Shown here piece after piece: positions 20,142 through 30,349 of a stretch of DNA of 64,000 nucleotides. The position numbers and the translations under genes were made by a program. The DNA is taken from assembly GCA_041666915.1 (NCBI GenBank), contig JBAYFZ010000002.1:14771-78770 (forward strand), in the 5' to 3' direction. Numbering within the stretch: position 1 is the first letter of the stretch; every line of letters starts with the position of its first letter. The DNA is from Minisyncoccota bacterium (GTDB lineage Bacteria > Patescibacteriota > Minisyncoccia > Phycocordibacterales > PALSA-1337). The notes below the pieces were generated by a model. That model had not been told where the DNA came from and did not search any database. It worked only from the letters and a program-made list of their open reading frames with translations.

Positions 20142-20758
20142 AGGTTTGTCTTTAGGTTACGAAGACTTGCTTGTACACTATACAATATTGGTAAAGGAGA
20201 ATGAATCGGATCAACATCAATTTGTTGGTTTATCTTGATCAACCTGACAGCATAAGCCGAAACTGGTTGCACCAACGGAGAGCTGGTACCTGTATAGTTG
20301 GTATCATAATACTGAAATGATGGAAGTGCATTACCATTCATAACATTGGTAATCAAAGTTGTCGTTGATTGATTAGCTATCGGATATGTAGGAGGTGAAC
20401 CAGTTGGATTGATCACTGCGCGATACAAAGTGGTTCCGATAAGAGAATAAGTTATCTGCTCCGTCTTAGTATCGTTGTTTACATCAGAAAAGAAAGACAG
20501 TGTCGTACTACCAGTCCTCACCAAAGGATAAGCTCCGTTTGCACCAGGAGCTATTTCCCTCAATTCTTTCAACATTGTCCTTAAAATAGTCTGAGAATTT
20601 TGTGCAGCTGAAAATGAACTTGAGATTGAACTATTATAAGAAAAAATATTTGCAGAAAAAGTTCCAACCGCCATCATTATTATTGCAAAGATAGCCACAG
20701 CAACCATGACCTCGGCCAAAGTCATACCCCTTATTTTTAAATCTTTGTTATTTATCAT
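20138..20758 (-). CDS. Type IV minor pilin (PilW-like)
   Basis: RG|MTLAEVMVAVAIF N-methylation motif. Confidence 0.85.
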   Translation of the reverse strand: MINNKDLKIRGMTLAEVMVAVAIFAIIMMAVGTFSANIFSYNSSISSSFSAAQNSQTILRTMLKELREIAPGANGAYPLVRTGSTTLSFFSDVNNDTKTEQITYSLIGTTLYRAVINPTGSPPTYPIANQSTTTLITNVMNGNALPSFQYYDTNYTGTSSPLVQPVSAYAVRLIKINQQIDVDPIHSPLPILYSVQASLRNLKTNL

Positions 20759-20777
20759 ATGAATGAATATTTTCTCG

Positions 20778-22547
20778 TTATAGACTCATCAAAATCGTCT
20801 GTTTCTGCCAACCGCTTCCAATAGTTACAAATTTAGATTGTGTAGCATATCCAGATTTTGTAACGGTCAAAGTGTATTCATCACCCAAAAGACCTTGGAA
20901 GATAACCTGCCCCGGTGGTAAACAAGCCGAAGTGTAAGAAAAGAAGACATCTGAAACTTTTGGAGTTACAGTAGCCGTTTCTGTCGTTAAATAAGTCTTG
21001 TAACGTACATATTCGTCACCATTATGAACAATATTTATCGGAGACCCAGGAACAGTGTAGTAAGTCCCTGATGTTCCATCTGGACCAAAATAATTCCAAG
21101 CTGATCCAGATGAACTTGCATTGGTTGCAAATTGCATCTTCACACTTGTTTCTCCAGACAAGATAGGCTGACTATTTGGATTCCAAGAAATAGTATAAAA
21201 ATTACTTGTAGTTCCTGTATCAAATATAGAAGATTCCAATGTACCCGTAGCGTTCACATCATAAGAACCAAAAAGATCTTTCAAGAGGATGTCTCCTGAG
21301 GAAGTGGCAGTATCAACCAAATTATTATCTGTGAAATATCTTCCGTCAGTAACATACATGTCTTGACCGCTTCCGCCAGACCAATCTGATTGGCTAAGAT
21401 AACCTTCACCTGTAACTTTAGCTTTGTAATAACCAGTCTTAGAAAGTTCAACAACAGCACCAGAGATCGGTAGATTCGTTGCACTATCCAAAACAGAGAC
21501 CATCAAACTATTGGAATCCTTTGGTACGACTACAATCTGTACATTCTGAGAATTGTCAGGATTCAAGGAAAATGGACTATCTGGATTTATACCAGCAACA
21601 TCATAAGAACCATCTGTAGGTGTAATAGTATATGTATCCCATTCCATAGAACTGAGATTCAAAAGACCAGATGCGTTGGTAGAAAGATTTTGTGAATATT
21701 TTGGTATTCCAGCACCAATTTCTTTTGCCCCAACCATTGAAAAGTCTACATTCCCAACAGGAACACAAAGTGGTGTAACACTAGAAAAGTGTAATGAGCT
21801 CAATTTATCTATGGAAAAACTTATCGGACTAACTTCCTGATTTAAAACAGTAACATTTGGCTTCGTAGGGTTGCTTACTTCTGCCAATGAATAAGTTTCT
21901 TCAGTAGAATAACCTTCTTTTGTTACAATGATTTTGTACATATCCTCGCCAGGGGGAACACCGATGATATTCAATATCCCAGAATTATTTGTTATATCAA
22001 CGTTAGTGACAGATGAAGTTGCAACACTTTGAACACTGACGGTTGCGCCTTGAACAGGTTCCCCATTACCATTGAATACTTGAACGACCAAAGCTCCCCC
22101 ATTTCCTGCAGATTGAAGATTGGCAGGAGAAATCAAACCCGTAAGAGATACCTGTCTAAAATTTTTACAATTTGAACAATCAACGTTTATTTCAACCAAC
22201 TTACTACTAGCTTGAACGGACGAGGTTGAAAGATTTATGTTACGGATAGTCAGACCGACATCAAAAGTCATACCTCCACGAGTCAATGTTTGCGTTTGAG
22301 GCAAAACTCCCAAAGGAATACCTGTCGTAAGACCAACGTTTACATATGGCATATTACGAATGATCTCAAATTGCTCTGCCACCAATTGAGTAGCCAAAGT
22401 CCTAGCCTGACTTCCACTAGCCAATTGAAGCAAGCTTACAAATGAGCCGTAAACAGCCATTGCTACAATTAGAAAAATTGCCGAGCCTACAAGCACTTCA
22501 ACGAGAGAGAAGCCTCTTTGTAATTTTTTAATTTTAAGACAAAACAT
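20778..22547 (-). CDS. Type IV minor pilin (PilV-like) with carboxypeptidase-regulatory-like beta-sandwich repeats
   Basis: RG|FSLVEVLV; PVQGATV, PISGAVV and Y.L.VTK.GY repeats. Confidence 0.8.
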   Translation of the reverse strand: MFCLKIKKLQRGFSLVEVLVGSAIFLIVAMAVYGSFVSLLQLASGSQARTLATQLVAEQFEIIRNMPYVNVGLTTGIPLGVLPQTQTLTRGGMTFDVGLTIRNINLSTSSVQASSKLVEINVDCSNCKNFRQVSLTGLISPANLQSAGNGGALVVQVFNGNGEPVQGATVSVQSVATSSVTNVDITNNSGILNIIGVPPGEDMYKIIVTKEGYSTEETYSLAEVSNPTKPNVTVLNQEVSPISFSIDKLSSLHFSSVTPLCVPVGNVDFSMVGAKEIGAGIPKYSQNLSTNASGLLNLSSMEWDTYTITPTDGSYDVAGINPDSPFSLNPDNSQNVQIVVVPKDSNSLMVSVLDSATNLPISGAVVELSKTGYYKAKVTGEGYLSQSDWSGGSGQDMYVTDGRYFTDNNLVDTATSSGDILLKDLFGSYDVNATGTLESSIFDTGTTSNFYTISWNPNSQPILSGETSVKMQFATNASSSGSAWNYFGPDGTSGTYYTVPGSPINIVHNGDEYVRYKTYLTTETATVTPKVSDVFFSYTSACLPPGQVIFQGLLGDEYTLTVTKSGYATQSKFVTIGSGWQKQTILMSL

Positions 22548-22557
22548 TTTTTTGATC

Positions 22558-23775
22558 CTACATTACATCTACCAACGAATACATAGGTTGAATCATAGAA
22601 ATTGCAAAGAAACCTACGGCCCCTCCTATAACCAATATGAGTATCGGCTCTATTATCGTAGACATGTCTTTGGTTTTCTGATTAACATCATTTTCATAAT
22701 ATTGAGCTACACCCATAAGCATCTCCCCTGTTTTACCGGTCTCTTCACCAACGCTCATCATTTCAATAAAAAAGACTGGGTAATATTTACCAAACTGACC
22801 GAAAGTCTTTGACATCAATTCTCCATTCTTTATTGAAAGAGAAGCTTTTTGTAAAATTCTTTGAAAATGAACATTCTGAACAACGTCTGCAGTAATATTT
22901 ATAGATTCAACAACATCAACCCCAGAACCCAACAATGAAGACATCGTCCTTGCTGTTCTAGCAGTATTAACTTCTTGAACGAGTTCTCCTATAACAGGAA
23001 TCTTAAGAATGGCAGAATGAAATATCTTTTTTCCAGAAGCTTTTTTTGACCACCAGACTAAAGAGCCGATAAGGATCAAAACAAGACCAAAGACGATCAC
23101 TCCTTGATCCCTGATGAGATTGCTTATATTCAAGACTACTTGGGTTGTCATAGGTAACGGAACATTGAGATCTGTAAAAGTCTTGAGCAAAGTAGGAATT
23201 ATAAAGATAAACATCAATACAGCGATAATTATCATTGCTGAAAAAATAACTGCAGGATACATGAGAGCACCACGGATTCTCTTATCCAAGGAATACGAAC
23301 TATCCATCTGACTGGAGACAATCTTCAGAGAATCAGCCAATGTTCCAGACTGTTCTCCGGCATGAACCATTGCGACGAATATCTTTGGAAAAACCTTTGG
23401 GTGTTTACTAAGCGCGTCAGCAAAAGTTATACCTTGATCAATATTCTTCACAAGATCAGCTACGACTTTCTTGAGAGATGCGTTGCGTGTTTGTTTCTCA
23501 AGGACTGCCAAAGCTCTAGAAAGAGCTAGACCAGCTTCCAACATTGCCCCCAAATTACGTGCGAAATTTATTTTCTCAATAGTCTTGACCCTATCAAAAA
23601 TAGATAGAGAAATATTCATATGCAGTCCTCTAGATTCACGCTTTTCTTTGAATTCAACTACTTCATCACCACCTTCTCGTAGAAGTTTGTACAATTCGTA
23701 ACGATCTACAGCATCTCTTTCGCTGTTATATATCTCTCCTGTAGATTTTTTTGCTTTGAAAGTGAAATGGGGCAT
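22558..23775 (-). CDS. pilC: Type IV pilus platform protein PilC (T2SS F family)
   Basis: AGEQSGTL, ALMYP, VGEETG, IEPILI. Confidence 0.93.
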   Translation of the reverse strand: MPHFTFKAKKSTGEIYNSERDAVDRYELYKLLREGGDEVVEFKEKRESRGLHMNISLSIFDRVKTIEKINFARNLGAMLEAGLALSRALAVLEKQTRNASLKKVVADLVKNIDQGITFADALSKHPKVFPKIFVAMVHAGEQSGTLADSLKIVSSQMDSSYSLDKRIRGALMYPAVIFSAMIIIAVLMFIFIIPTLLKTFTDLNVPLPMTTQVVLNISNLIRDQGVIVFGLVLILIGSLVWWSKKASGKKIFHSAILKIPVIGELVQEVNTARTARTMSSLLGSGVDVVESINITADVVQNVHFQRILQKASLSIKNGELMSKTFGQFGKYYPVFFIEMMSVGEETGKTGEMLMGVAQYYENDVNQKTKDMSTIIEPILILVIGGAVGFFAISMIQPMYSLVDVM

Positions 23776-23823
23776 TATAGTTTAGTGCAAAATTAAAAGT
23801 GCAAAATGAAAAGTGCAAAGTTA

Positions 23824-25572
23824 TTACTCTGAAACGACACGGAGCACTTCTTCAATCGTTGTCATTCCCTGTACACACTTGAATATACCGTCTTCTAACA
23901 TTGTGAGCATTCCTTCTTTCTTGGCCTGAATTTCAATATCATTTGAAGTAGCATTTTTCATTATAAGATCTTTGATAGATTGAGTCATAACCAAGACTTC
24001 GTGGATACCAACACGACTCTTGAAACCATCGTCATCTCCAGCTGGTACAGCTTTCCAGAAATTGATCTTATCCCAAGTGTCGGACGATTTTACTATTTTT
24101 TCTGTCTTCAAATAACCAAGGACTCTGTCTAGATCAACAACTTTTGCCAATTGATTGAATTCATCCTTGGATAACTTGTATTCCTGTTTTGAATCAGTAA
24201 GTTTACGAACCAAACGCTGACCGATAACAATATCCAAAGTAGAAACCAACAAAAATGGCTCAACACCCATATCCAAAAGACGAGGCATCGCTCCTGCTGC
24301 CGAGTTGGTATGCAAAGTAGAAAGAACCAAGTGACCAGTCAAAGCGGCATTGACTCCAAGTGCTGCGGTTTCACCGTCACGGATTTCTCCAACCATGATA
24401 ATATCTGGATCTTGACGGACCAAAGTTCTGATACCTTGTGGAAATGAGAAACCGATCTCTGGACGAACTTGAGTTTGATTGATACGAGCCATCTGGTATT
24501 CAATAGGGTCTTCAATAGTTGAAATATTCACATCTGGAGTATTCAAAATATCCAACATGGTATACAAAGTCGTAGTTTTTCCAGATCCAGTGGGACCTGT
24601 CATGAGTATCATTCCCGTCGTCTTATTCAAAGTTTTATGAATCGCTTCCAAGCCTTCGCCGTGGAAATTCAAATATTCCAAAGTGAATCCGGATATACTT
24701 TCTCTAAGTAAACGCATAACGATCTTTTCACCATAATATGTTGGCAAAATAGAGACACGGAATGAAACTTTTTCTTCATTCATGTCAACTTTGAAACGAC
24801 CGTCTTGAGGTAAACGTTTTTCATCCAATTTTAGATTGGCCAAAACTTTGATACGAGCAGATACCGAAGGACCGGCCTGTTTTGGAAGTACCATCGCATC
24901 ATGTAAAAGTCCATCTATACGATAACGAACCAAGACTTGTTCCTCCATTGGTTCTATATGGATATCGGAAGAATTTTGCAAGATAGCGTGTTTTATCAAA
25001 GTATCAACAATACGCACAACCGGCATATCTTCTGCGATCTTTTTTAAATCAGCTTCTGAGGCAGTATCCCCTTCTTCTTCTGAAATCATCTTGAGTGAAG
25101 CGGTCTCTTTTTGGATCAAATCACCAAATTCAGCCTTGAGACTCTTTTGATACTGAACCAATGCTTCTTTAATAGAATCCGAATCAGTCAAACGAGGTAA
25201 TATTTTCAAATTGACTTTCTTTTTAATGAAATCAATAGCGGGCAAATCGTTGACATCCAACATCGCAACTTCCAAAGCGACATCTGTCTTTTTAAAAGCG
25301 ACAATGTTATGAGCACGAGCAATCGGTTCTGGAATAAGAGAGAGGGTCTCAAAAGGTAATTTTTTACCTTTAAGGTCTACGAAAGGAATACCAAAGACAT
25401 AAGCTTGCATTCTACGGAGATTGTCTGCACTGATCTTGCCTGACGAAATCAATACATCGCCTAAATGCTTTTTCTTTTTCTCGCTTTCTTTCTTTGCATC
25501 TTCAAGGTCATCCTTGGTTACAAGACCAGAATCAAGAATAAATTTATATAATTGGGTATCTTCAACGAACAT
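23824..25572 (-). CDS. pilB: Type IV pilus assembly ATPase PilB
   Basis: SDIHIEP, PQDGRF, GPTGSGKTTT, TIEDPIEY, RQDPDIIMVGEIRD; start at MFVED behind TGATATAAT. Confidence 0.95.
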   Translation of the reverse strand: MFVEDTQLYKFILDSGLVTKDDLEDAKKESEKKKKHLGDVLISSGKISADNLRRMQAYVFGIPFVDLKGKKLPFETLSLIPEPIARAHNIVAFKKTDVALEVAMLDVNDLPAIDFIKKKVNLKILPRLTDSDSIKEALVQYQKSLKAEFGDLIQKETASLKMISEEEGDTASEADLKKIAEDMPVVRIVDTLIKHAILQNSSDIHIEPMEEQVLVRYRIDGLLHDAMVLPKQAGPSVSARIKVLANLKLDEKRLPQDGRFKVDMNEEKVSFRVSILPTYYGEKIVMRLLRESISGFTLEYLNFHGEGLEAIHKTLNKTTGMILMTGPTGSGKTTTLYTMLDILNTPDVNISTIEDPIEYQMARINQTQVRPEIGFSFPQGIRTLVRQDPDIIMVGEIRDGETAALGVNAALTGHLVLSTLHTNSAAGAMPRLLDMGVEPFLLVSTLDIVIGQRLVRKLTDSKQEYKLSKDEFNQLAKVVDLDRVLGYLKTEKIVKSSDTWDKINFWKAVPAGDDDGFKSRVGIHEVLVMTQSIKDLIMKNATSNDIEIQAKKEGMLTMLEDGIFKCVQGMTTIEEVLRVVSE

Positions 25573-25629
25573 TAGGTAAATTATATCAGATATAAGAGAT
25601 GACTGCTTATGCACAGCTTTGAATAAACG

Positions 25630-25660
25630 AAAACCCGCAACCATATTTCAGATTGCGGGG
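25630..25660 (-). terminator. Terminator hairpin, identical to 26625-26655
   Basis: AAAACCCGCAACCATATTTCAGATTGCGGGG occurs twice. Confidence 0.75.
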
Positions 25661-25707
25661 AAATTTTGAGTGGTGTTTTCAGGTAACCACTTCATTACCT
25701 TATTATG

Positions 25708-26217
25708 CTAGACCCTAGCCCAGTCAGGAAGATAGAGATCCGGGACAGGACCGTCTTGACCACCTTTTGCAACTCTTGCTTTGATATAATCCTCCAAAGC
25801 ATTAGCTTGAAGCAAATCAAACGCAGTTGCGACGATAACCGTCGTCGCAAGCCACTCAAGAGCTAGGCCACCTGAGATATCAATCTCAAGCGGAGTGCCA
25901 TACCACGCATCCCCCATTGAAGTTCGGCGTAGCGGTATAGACTCAGAAGCAGAGGTTTCACCACTACCAAGTCCGTAGGCAATAATCTTTCCAAGCGTGG
26001 TCGAATTCCGCCTCCCGATAAGATGGAGCACGTTTTGAAAAACGTGTTTAGAGAAATCCTTTACGCAAGAATGTTTTTTTAAATCATCATTAGTGATTTG
26101 GAGCTCACCCATGATGTTCTTCGTCACATTGACGATGTACTCCTGATCCAACCACTTCTGTTGACGGATTCGAGTCGCGTAAAGTGGTAAGGACTTTGTT
26201 TCTGTTAATGTTCTCAT
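25708..26217 (-). CDS. Hypothetical protein
   Basis: 169-aa ORF with an AAAGGAG ribosome-binding site; no motif recognised. Confidence 0.7.
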   Translation of the reverse strand: MRTLTETKSLPLYATRIRQQKWLDQEYIVNVTKNIMGELQITNDDLKKHSCVKDFSKHVFQNVLHLIGRRNSTTLGKIIAYGLGSGETSASESIPLRRTSMGDAWYGTPLEIDISGGLALEWLATTVIVATAFDLLQANALEDYIKARVAKGGQDGPVPDLYLPDWARV

Positions 26218-26376
26218 ATTTATCTCCTTTCGAGAGATTTCCCATTACCTTTATGGATCATGCTTCCGATTCAATTGTCGATGGACATATTATACTCCTA
26301 TTTAATGACGATGTCAAGCGTTTGTATACGGCTCTACTAAGCCATTAACATAAATAACACGGAAAATTCCTACTCT

Positions 26377-26459
26377 AAATTGCCTCAAATTGACACCTAT
26401 GCTATACTGTTGTCGTTACGTATCTGTTCGCCCACCGGCGAACTTATTTGTTAAAAGGG
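26377..26459 (+). repeat. 83-bp direct repeat of the nusA promoter/leader, orphan copy
   Basis: Identical to 28409-28491. Confidence 0.92.
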
Positions 26460-26467
26460 GCGATGTT

Positions 26468-26602
26468 TAGTGCAAAGTGAAAAGTGCAAAATGCAAAATT
26501 TTAGTTAATGGTTAATAGTTATTATATTCAAATACTATCTAACTCAAAAACTCAATAACTTTTCACTACAACTTTGCATTTTGCACTTTTCACTTTGCAC
26601 TT
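26468..26602. repeat. Heptamer-periodic inverted repeat (about 38-bp arms)
   Basis: TAGTGCAAAGTGAAAAGTGCAAAATGCAAAATTTTAGT ... ACTACAACTTTGCATTTTGCACTTTTCACTTTGCACTT. Confidence 0.8.
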
Positions 26603-26624
26603 ACAATACAATTTAATAAAAACA

Positions 26625-26655
26625 AAAACCCGCAACCATATTTCAGATTGCGGGG
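26625..26655 (-). terminator. Terminator hairpin, identical to 25630-25660
   Basis: 31-bp exact duplicate. Confidence 0.75.
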
Positions 26656-26680
26656 TGTGAAAGCTTGAACTTCCAGTAAG

Positions 26681-27097
26681 TCAGAGTGTGTAAACAACAA
26701 GTTTCTTCTTTGATTGTTCAATTCCCCCAAGGATAGCTTCCACGTCTGCACCTTGCATCCTACCGAAGAATCCGGAACCCATCAGTACGACAGCAATTTC
26801 CTCATCGTCGGGCGCCTCGATTTTATCGAGACATTCCCGAGCGACGCGTGGTGTGTCGTTCCAACCACCCTTATCAAGCGAATGGCAAACCAGAGCATAG
26901 TAAGTCTTCTCACCATCCTTACGTATGAGCACTTCGCCGAGTTGATTTCCACCAGTACGAATAAGTTCCGACCATTTTATTCGCAAAGATACCTGTTCTG
27001 CAAACCCATCGTCATTATCACCCTGAGTGTTGATTGCAAAAGCGATATGCTTTTGTGGCGCCAAGAATATGTCTCCTTTAACTCTATTTACAATCAT
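26681..27097 (-). CDS. Macrodomain-like protein
   Basis: VKGDIF...IAFAIN..G...GFA..V and LMGSGFFG resemble Poa1p/DarG-type macrodomain motifs. Confidence 0.55.
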   Translation of the reverse strand: MIVNRVKGDIFLAPQKHIAFAINTQGDNDDGFAEQVSLRIKWSELIRTGGNQLGEVLIRKDGEKTYYALVCHSLDKGGWNDTPRVARECLDKIEAPDDEEIAVVLMGSGFFGRMQGADVEAILGGIEQSKKKLVVYTL

Positions 27098-27329
27098 TCA
27101 TTTACCCGTCCTTTCTTTTTTATTATAGTTTGACTATAAGAGTAACTCTAAAAGCATGTTTTTATGCCATTAGAACCACTTCTAACAAGCCTCTCAATGA
27201 ACTCATTATTTTTCATAACATATCATCCTACTTCAAACTTGTCGAGTATTTTGTACTAGATGAGTACATGCAATTGATTGTTGAACTCGGGAGAACTGAA
27301 TTCAATAAGTATATTATAAATTAAGACCC

Positions 27330-28307
27330 TTACACTTCACTAATAACTTCAAAACCACTAAAGCTTCCAGTTATAGCGAGACCAATTACAGTATCTGCTA
27401 TATTTTGACTTTTTATTTTTCTGGCCGTTTCATTCAAAGTAGCGCCAGATCCCAGAGCATCGTCTATGAGCAAAATGGTTTTGAACTTCCTAGACTCATC
27501 TAGAATGATTGTGGACTTAGCATTCTCAATACGATCCTCTAGTTTAGTAAGAGTCTTCTGTGGAACAGATATTTCTTTTTTCACCTTTACCAATGAAATG
27601 ACCGGAACAGAAAGATTGAGTTGTCTTTCTATCTCTTTCATAAGCTGTAACTCTCTTTTAACAGTCGGAGGAATATAGCCAATAGCATCTACTGACCATT
27701 TTTTTATGAAAGATTCAATACGTGGCTTTATCTCACTTATCAATTCACGAATAAGTTCCTTGCTCTGACTTTGTTTTGCATAAAGCAAAATTTGACCGAG
27801 TTTTGTCTTACCAAACCTTTCTATACTATAAAAATCCAAATAAAAAACTTCGTCAAGGAATACTTCTTTGAATGTATGTTTAATTTTATATTTACCATCT
27901 ATAAAACCATCTTTTCTATACTCGGAGAATTTCTTGTACGACTGGACGTAATCATTGGCTGTTTTTATAGGATTCTCATTTCTCTTATTGCACCATTCTA
28001 TAAAACCTATAATTCCTTCTTTCCTTTCTCCGCTTGGGGATATGAGAAGAAAATTTTCATTTATAATCTTCTCTGTTTTCTTATCAAAGATGATTTCGGA
28101 AATAACATCCTTTTTTATGTCATTAATAAAATAGTACACTTTTGGAGGTGTACCTCTTTTGTGCACAAGATTTTGTTCCAACAAATTAAAAAGTTGTTTT
28201 CTAACTGCTCTAGTTGTAATACCAAGAAAATCAGCCAGCTCATTACCTGACGCTTGACCTTTATCTTTTATATAATTAATAATTTTTTCTGATGTCTTCT
28301 GGTCCAT
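27330..28307 (-). CDS. Winged-helix plus phosphoribosyltransferase (ComF-like) fusion
   Basis: ELADFLGITTRAVRKQL HTH; LLIDDALGSGATL PRPP-binding loop. Confidence 0.85.
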   Translation of the reverse strand: MDQKTSEKIINYIKDKGQASGNELADFLGITTRAVRKQLFNLLEQNLVHKRGTPPKVYYFINDIKKDVISEIIFDKKTEKIINENFLLISPSGERKEGIIGFIEWCNKRNENPIKTANDYVQSYKKFSEYRKDGFIDGKYKIKHTFKEVFLDEVFYLDFYSIERFGKTKLGQILLYAKQSQSKELIRELISEIKPRIESFIKKWSVDAIGYIPPTVKRELQLMKEIERQLNLSVPVISLVKVKKEISVPQKTLTKLEDRIENAKSTIILDESRKFKTILLIDDALGSGATLNETARKIKSQNIADTVIGLAITGSFSGFEVISEV

Positions 28308-28334
28308 GGAACAAGTATAGCATAAAAAGTTCCT

Positions 28335-28356
28335 AGTTCCTAGTATACTAGGAACT
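28335..28356. promoter_or_regulatory. Perfect 22-bp palindrome, likely operator of the wHTH-PRTase gene
   Basis: AGTTCCTAGTATACTAGGAACT plus an extra half-site at 28328, in the promoter region of 28307. Confidence 0.6.
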
Positions 28357-28408
28357 TTATGATTCTAAATATACAGAAGATTTTCAAGCCTACACACCAA
28401 GCCGGCAA

Positions 28409-28491
28409 AAATTGCCTCAAATTGACACCTATGCTATACTGTTGTCGTTACGTATCTGTTCGCCCACCGGCGAACTTATTTGTTAAAAGGG
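28409..28491 (+). promoter_or_regulatory. nusA promoter and leader hairpin (duplicated at 26377)
   Basis: TTGCCT-17-TATACT with extended TG; hairpin GTTCGCC-CACC-GGCGAAC. Confidence 0.75.
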
Positions 28492-28522
28492 TAAAAATTT
28501 AATAAAAACTAAATATAACAAC

Positions 28523-29689
28523 ATGTTTGATCTAAAAGTAATAAACTCCGTAGTACAGCAATTGGAAGAAGAGCGTGGTATTCCCCGCGAAAAGACTCTT
28601 GAAGCCATCTCTATGGCCTTCGCAACAGCCTACAAAAAGGAATACGGCAAAAAAGGACAGATAGTTCGCGCTTCATTTGACCAAAATTCTGGAAGTGTAG
28701 AATTCTGGCAGGTTAAAATTGTAGTTGACCGCAACCAAGTCATCATGGAGGGTGATGAGGAACATCAGGAAAATCTCAAAGATACAGCCTTGGAAGACAT
28801 CAAAATCCGTTTCAATCCAGAACAACACATGTTCATTGAAGACGCTCGCAAAATAAAGAGAGACGTTGTTATTGGTGATGAATTGGTATTTCCTCTAGAA
28901 ACCAAGGCTGACTTCGGCCGTATTGCCGCTCAAACAGCAAAGCAGATTATAATCCAAAAGATTCGTGAGGCTGAAAAAGTCTCTGTTATGAGTGAATATG
29001 GTAAAAAAGAGGGTGACATTGTCGCTGGTATAGTAGAACGCGTAGAACGTGGCGTTGTATATATAGACATGGGACGTGCTGTCGGTATTATTCCTTACGA
29101 GGAGCAGATTCCTAGTGAACGCTGGAAAACTGGAGATCGTATCCGTGCTTATTTGTACGCCGTAGAAGAAACACCAAAAGGCATTGTTTTGAAACTCTCA
29201 CGTGCTCATCCAAAATTCTTGGCAAAACTTTTTGAAACAGAGACTCCTGAAATCGCTAGTGGTGTAGTAGAAATAAAAACTATTGCCCGCGAAGCTGGTT
29301 CACGTTCCAAGGTTGCTGTCATCTCTCATGATGCCCATATAGATCCTATTGGTTCTATGGTTGGACAAAGAGGTGTTCGTGTTACAACCGTTACTAGTGA
29401 ACTCTCTGGTGAAAAAATAGATATCGTAGAATGGAATGAGGATCCTGCTCTGTTTATTGAAGAATCTTTATCTCCTGCTGAGGTTGTCTCTCTTGAACTA
29501 GATGAAAAAGAACATCGTGCAATAGTCACCGTAACTGAAGATGAACAATCTCTAGCTATCGGTAAGGGTGGTCAAAACGTTCGTCTAGCCGCAAAGCTTA
29601 CTGGTTGGAAAATTGATATCAAATCAATTGGTGGAATTGAAGATTTGAAAGTTGGCGGTGAGGACGAAGAAGAGGCTGAAAAGAAATAA
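28523..29689 (+). CDS. nusA: Transcription termination factor NusA
   Basis: FGRIAAQTAKQ, AREAGSRSKVAV, SLAIGKGGQNVRLAAKLTGWKIDI. Confidence 0.99.
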   Translation: MFDLKVINSVVQQLEEERGIPREKTLEAISMAFATAYKKEYGKKGQIVRASFDQNSGSVEFWQVKIVVDRNQVIMEGDEEHQENLKDTALEDIKIRFNPEQHMFIEDARKIKRDVVIGDELVFPLETKADFGRIAAQTAKQIIIQKIREAEKVSVMSEYGKKEGDIVAGIVERVERGVVYIDMGRAVGIIPYEEQIPSERWKTGDRIRAYLYAVEETPKGIVLKLSRAHPKFLAKLFETETPEIASGVVEIKTIAREAGSRSKVAVISHDAHIDPIGSMVGQRGVRVTTVTSELSGEKIDIVEWNEDPALFIEESLSPAEVVSLELDEKEHRAIVTVTEDEQSLAIGKGGQNVRLAAKLTGWKIDIKSIGGIEDLKVGGEDEEEAEKK

Positions 29690-29749
29690 TTGGATTAAAA
29701 TTTATAAGACAAAAAAGAGGCAGTGAGCCTCTTTTTTGTTTGTGTATAA

Positions 29750-30103
29750 TTATTTTCTTAAATAATTACTAACCCACTCCTTTAATTCCTCAAATCTTTT
29801 TTCATCAACTTTTGTTTTCTCAATATTTTGAACATATTCAAGAGTTATTTTCATATTCTCATCAAATTTATCCATCATGGCACCGTTTTGAACTCTTACA
29901 TCTTCTTTGAATTGATCGAAGTTACGGTTTAAAGCGAGGAGTTGTCTATCTATACTGTCAAAACGCTTATCGTAAGCAATCAACCTTGTCTCTGTTACCT
30001 CTCTAAAATCTCTCATATCTGCTACAAAATCGTTAAATTCCCTCTTGGAAACATAATCCAAGAGCTGATGTTTTGGAACCAATGCTGTATCGGTTTTTAT
30101 CAT
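29750..30103 (-). CDS. Coiled-coil hypothetical protein
   Basis: Heptad pattern DKRFDSIDRQL. Confidence 0.65.
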   Translation of the reverse strand: MIKTDTALVPKHQLLDYVSKREFNDFVADMRDFREVTETRLIAYDKRFDSIDRQLLALNRNFDQFKEDVRVQNGAMMDKFDENMKITLEYVQNIEKTKVDEKRFEELKEWVSNYLRK

Positions 30104-30349
30104 TTTGAAATCTTTAAATTAATTCTGATAATGTAGGCAGGTACGTGAATTATACCACCTCAAAACTTTTTGCAATCTATTCAAAATAATTTTTTTGTTT
30201 GGTAATGGAGAAAATGTGACGAAAAATCCGTCACATTTTCTTTTTACTTTAGAGACACATCTCGCGCGTACACATTTGTAAGCCAAATAAAACTGCCCGA
30301 CAAATCAGTAACGATTCGTCGGGCAGATAAGTAAAGCACTCCTTTCCAA

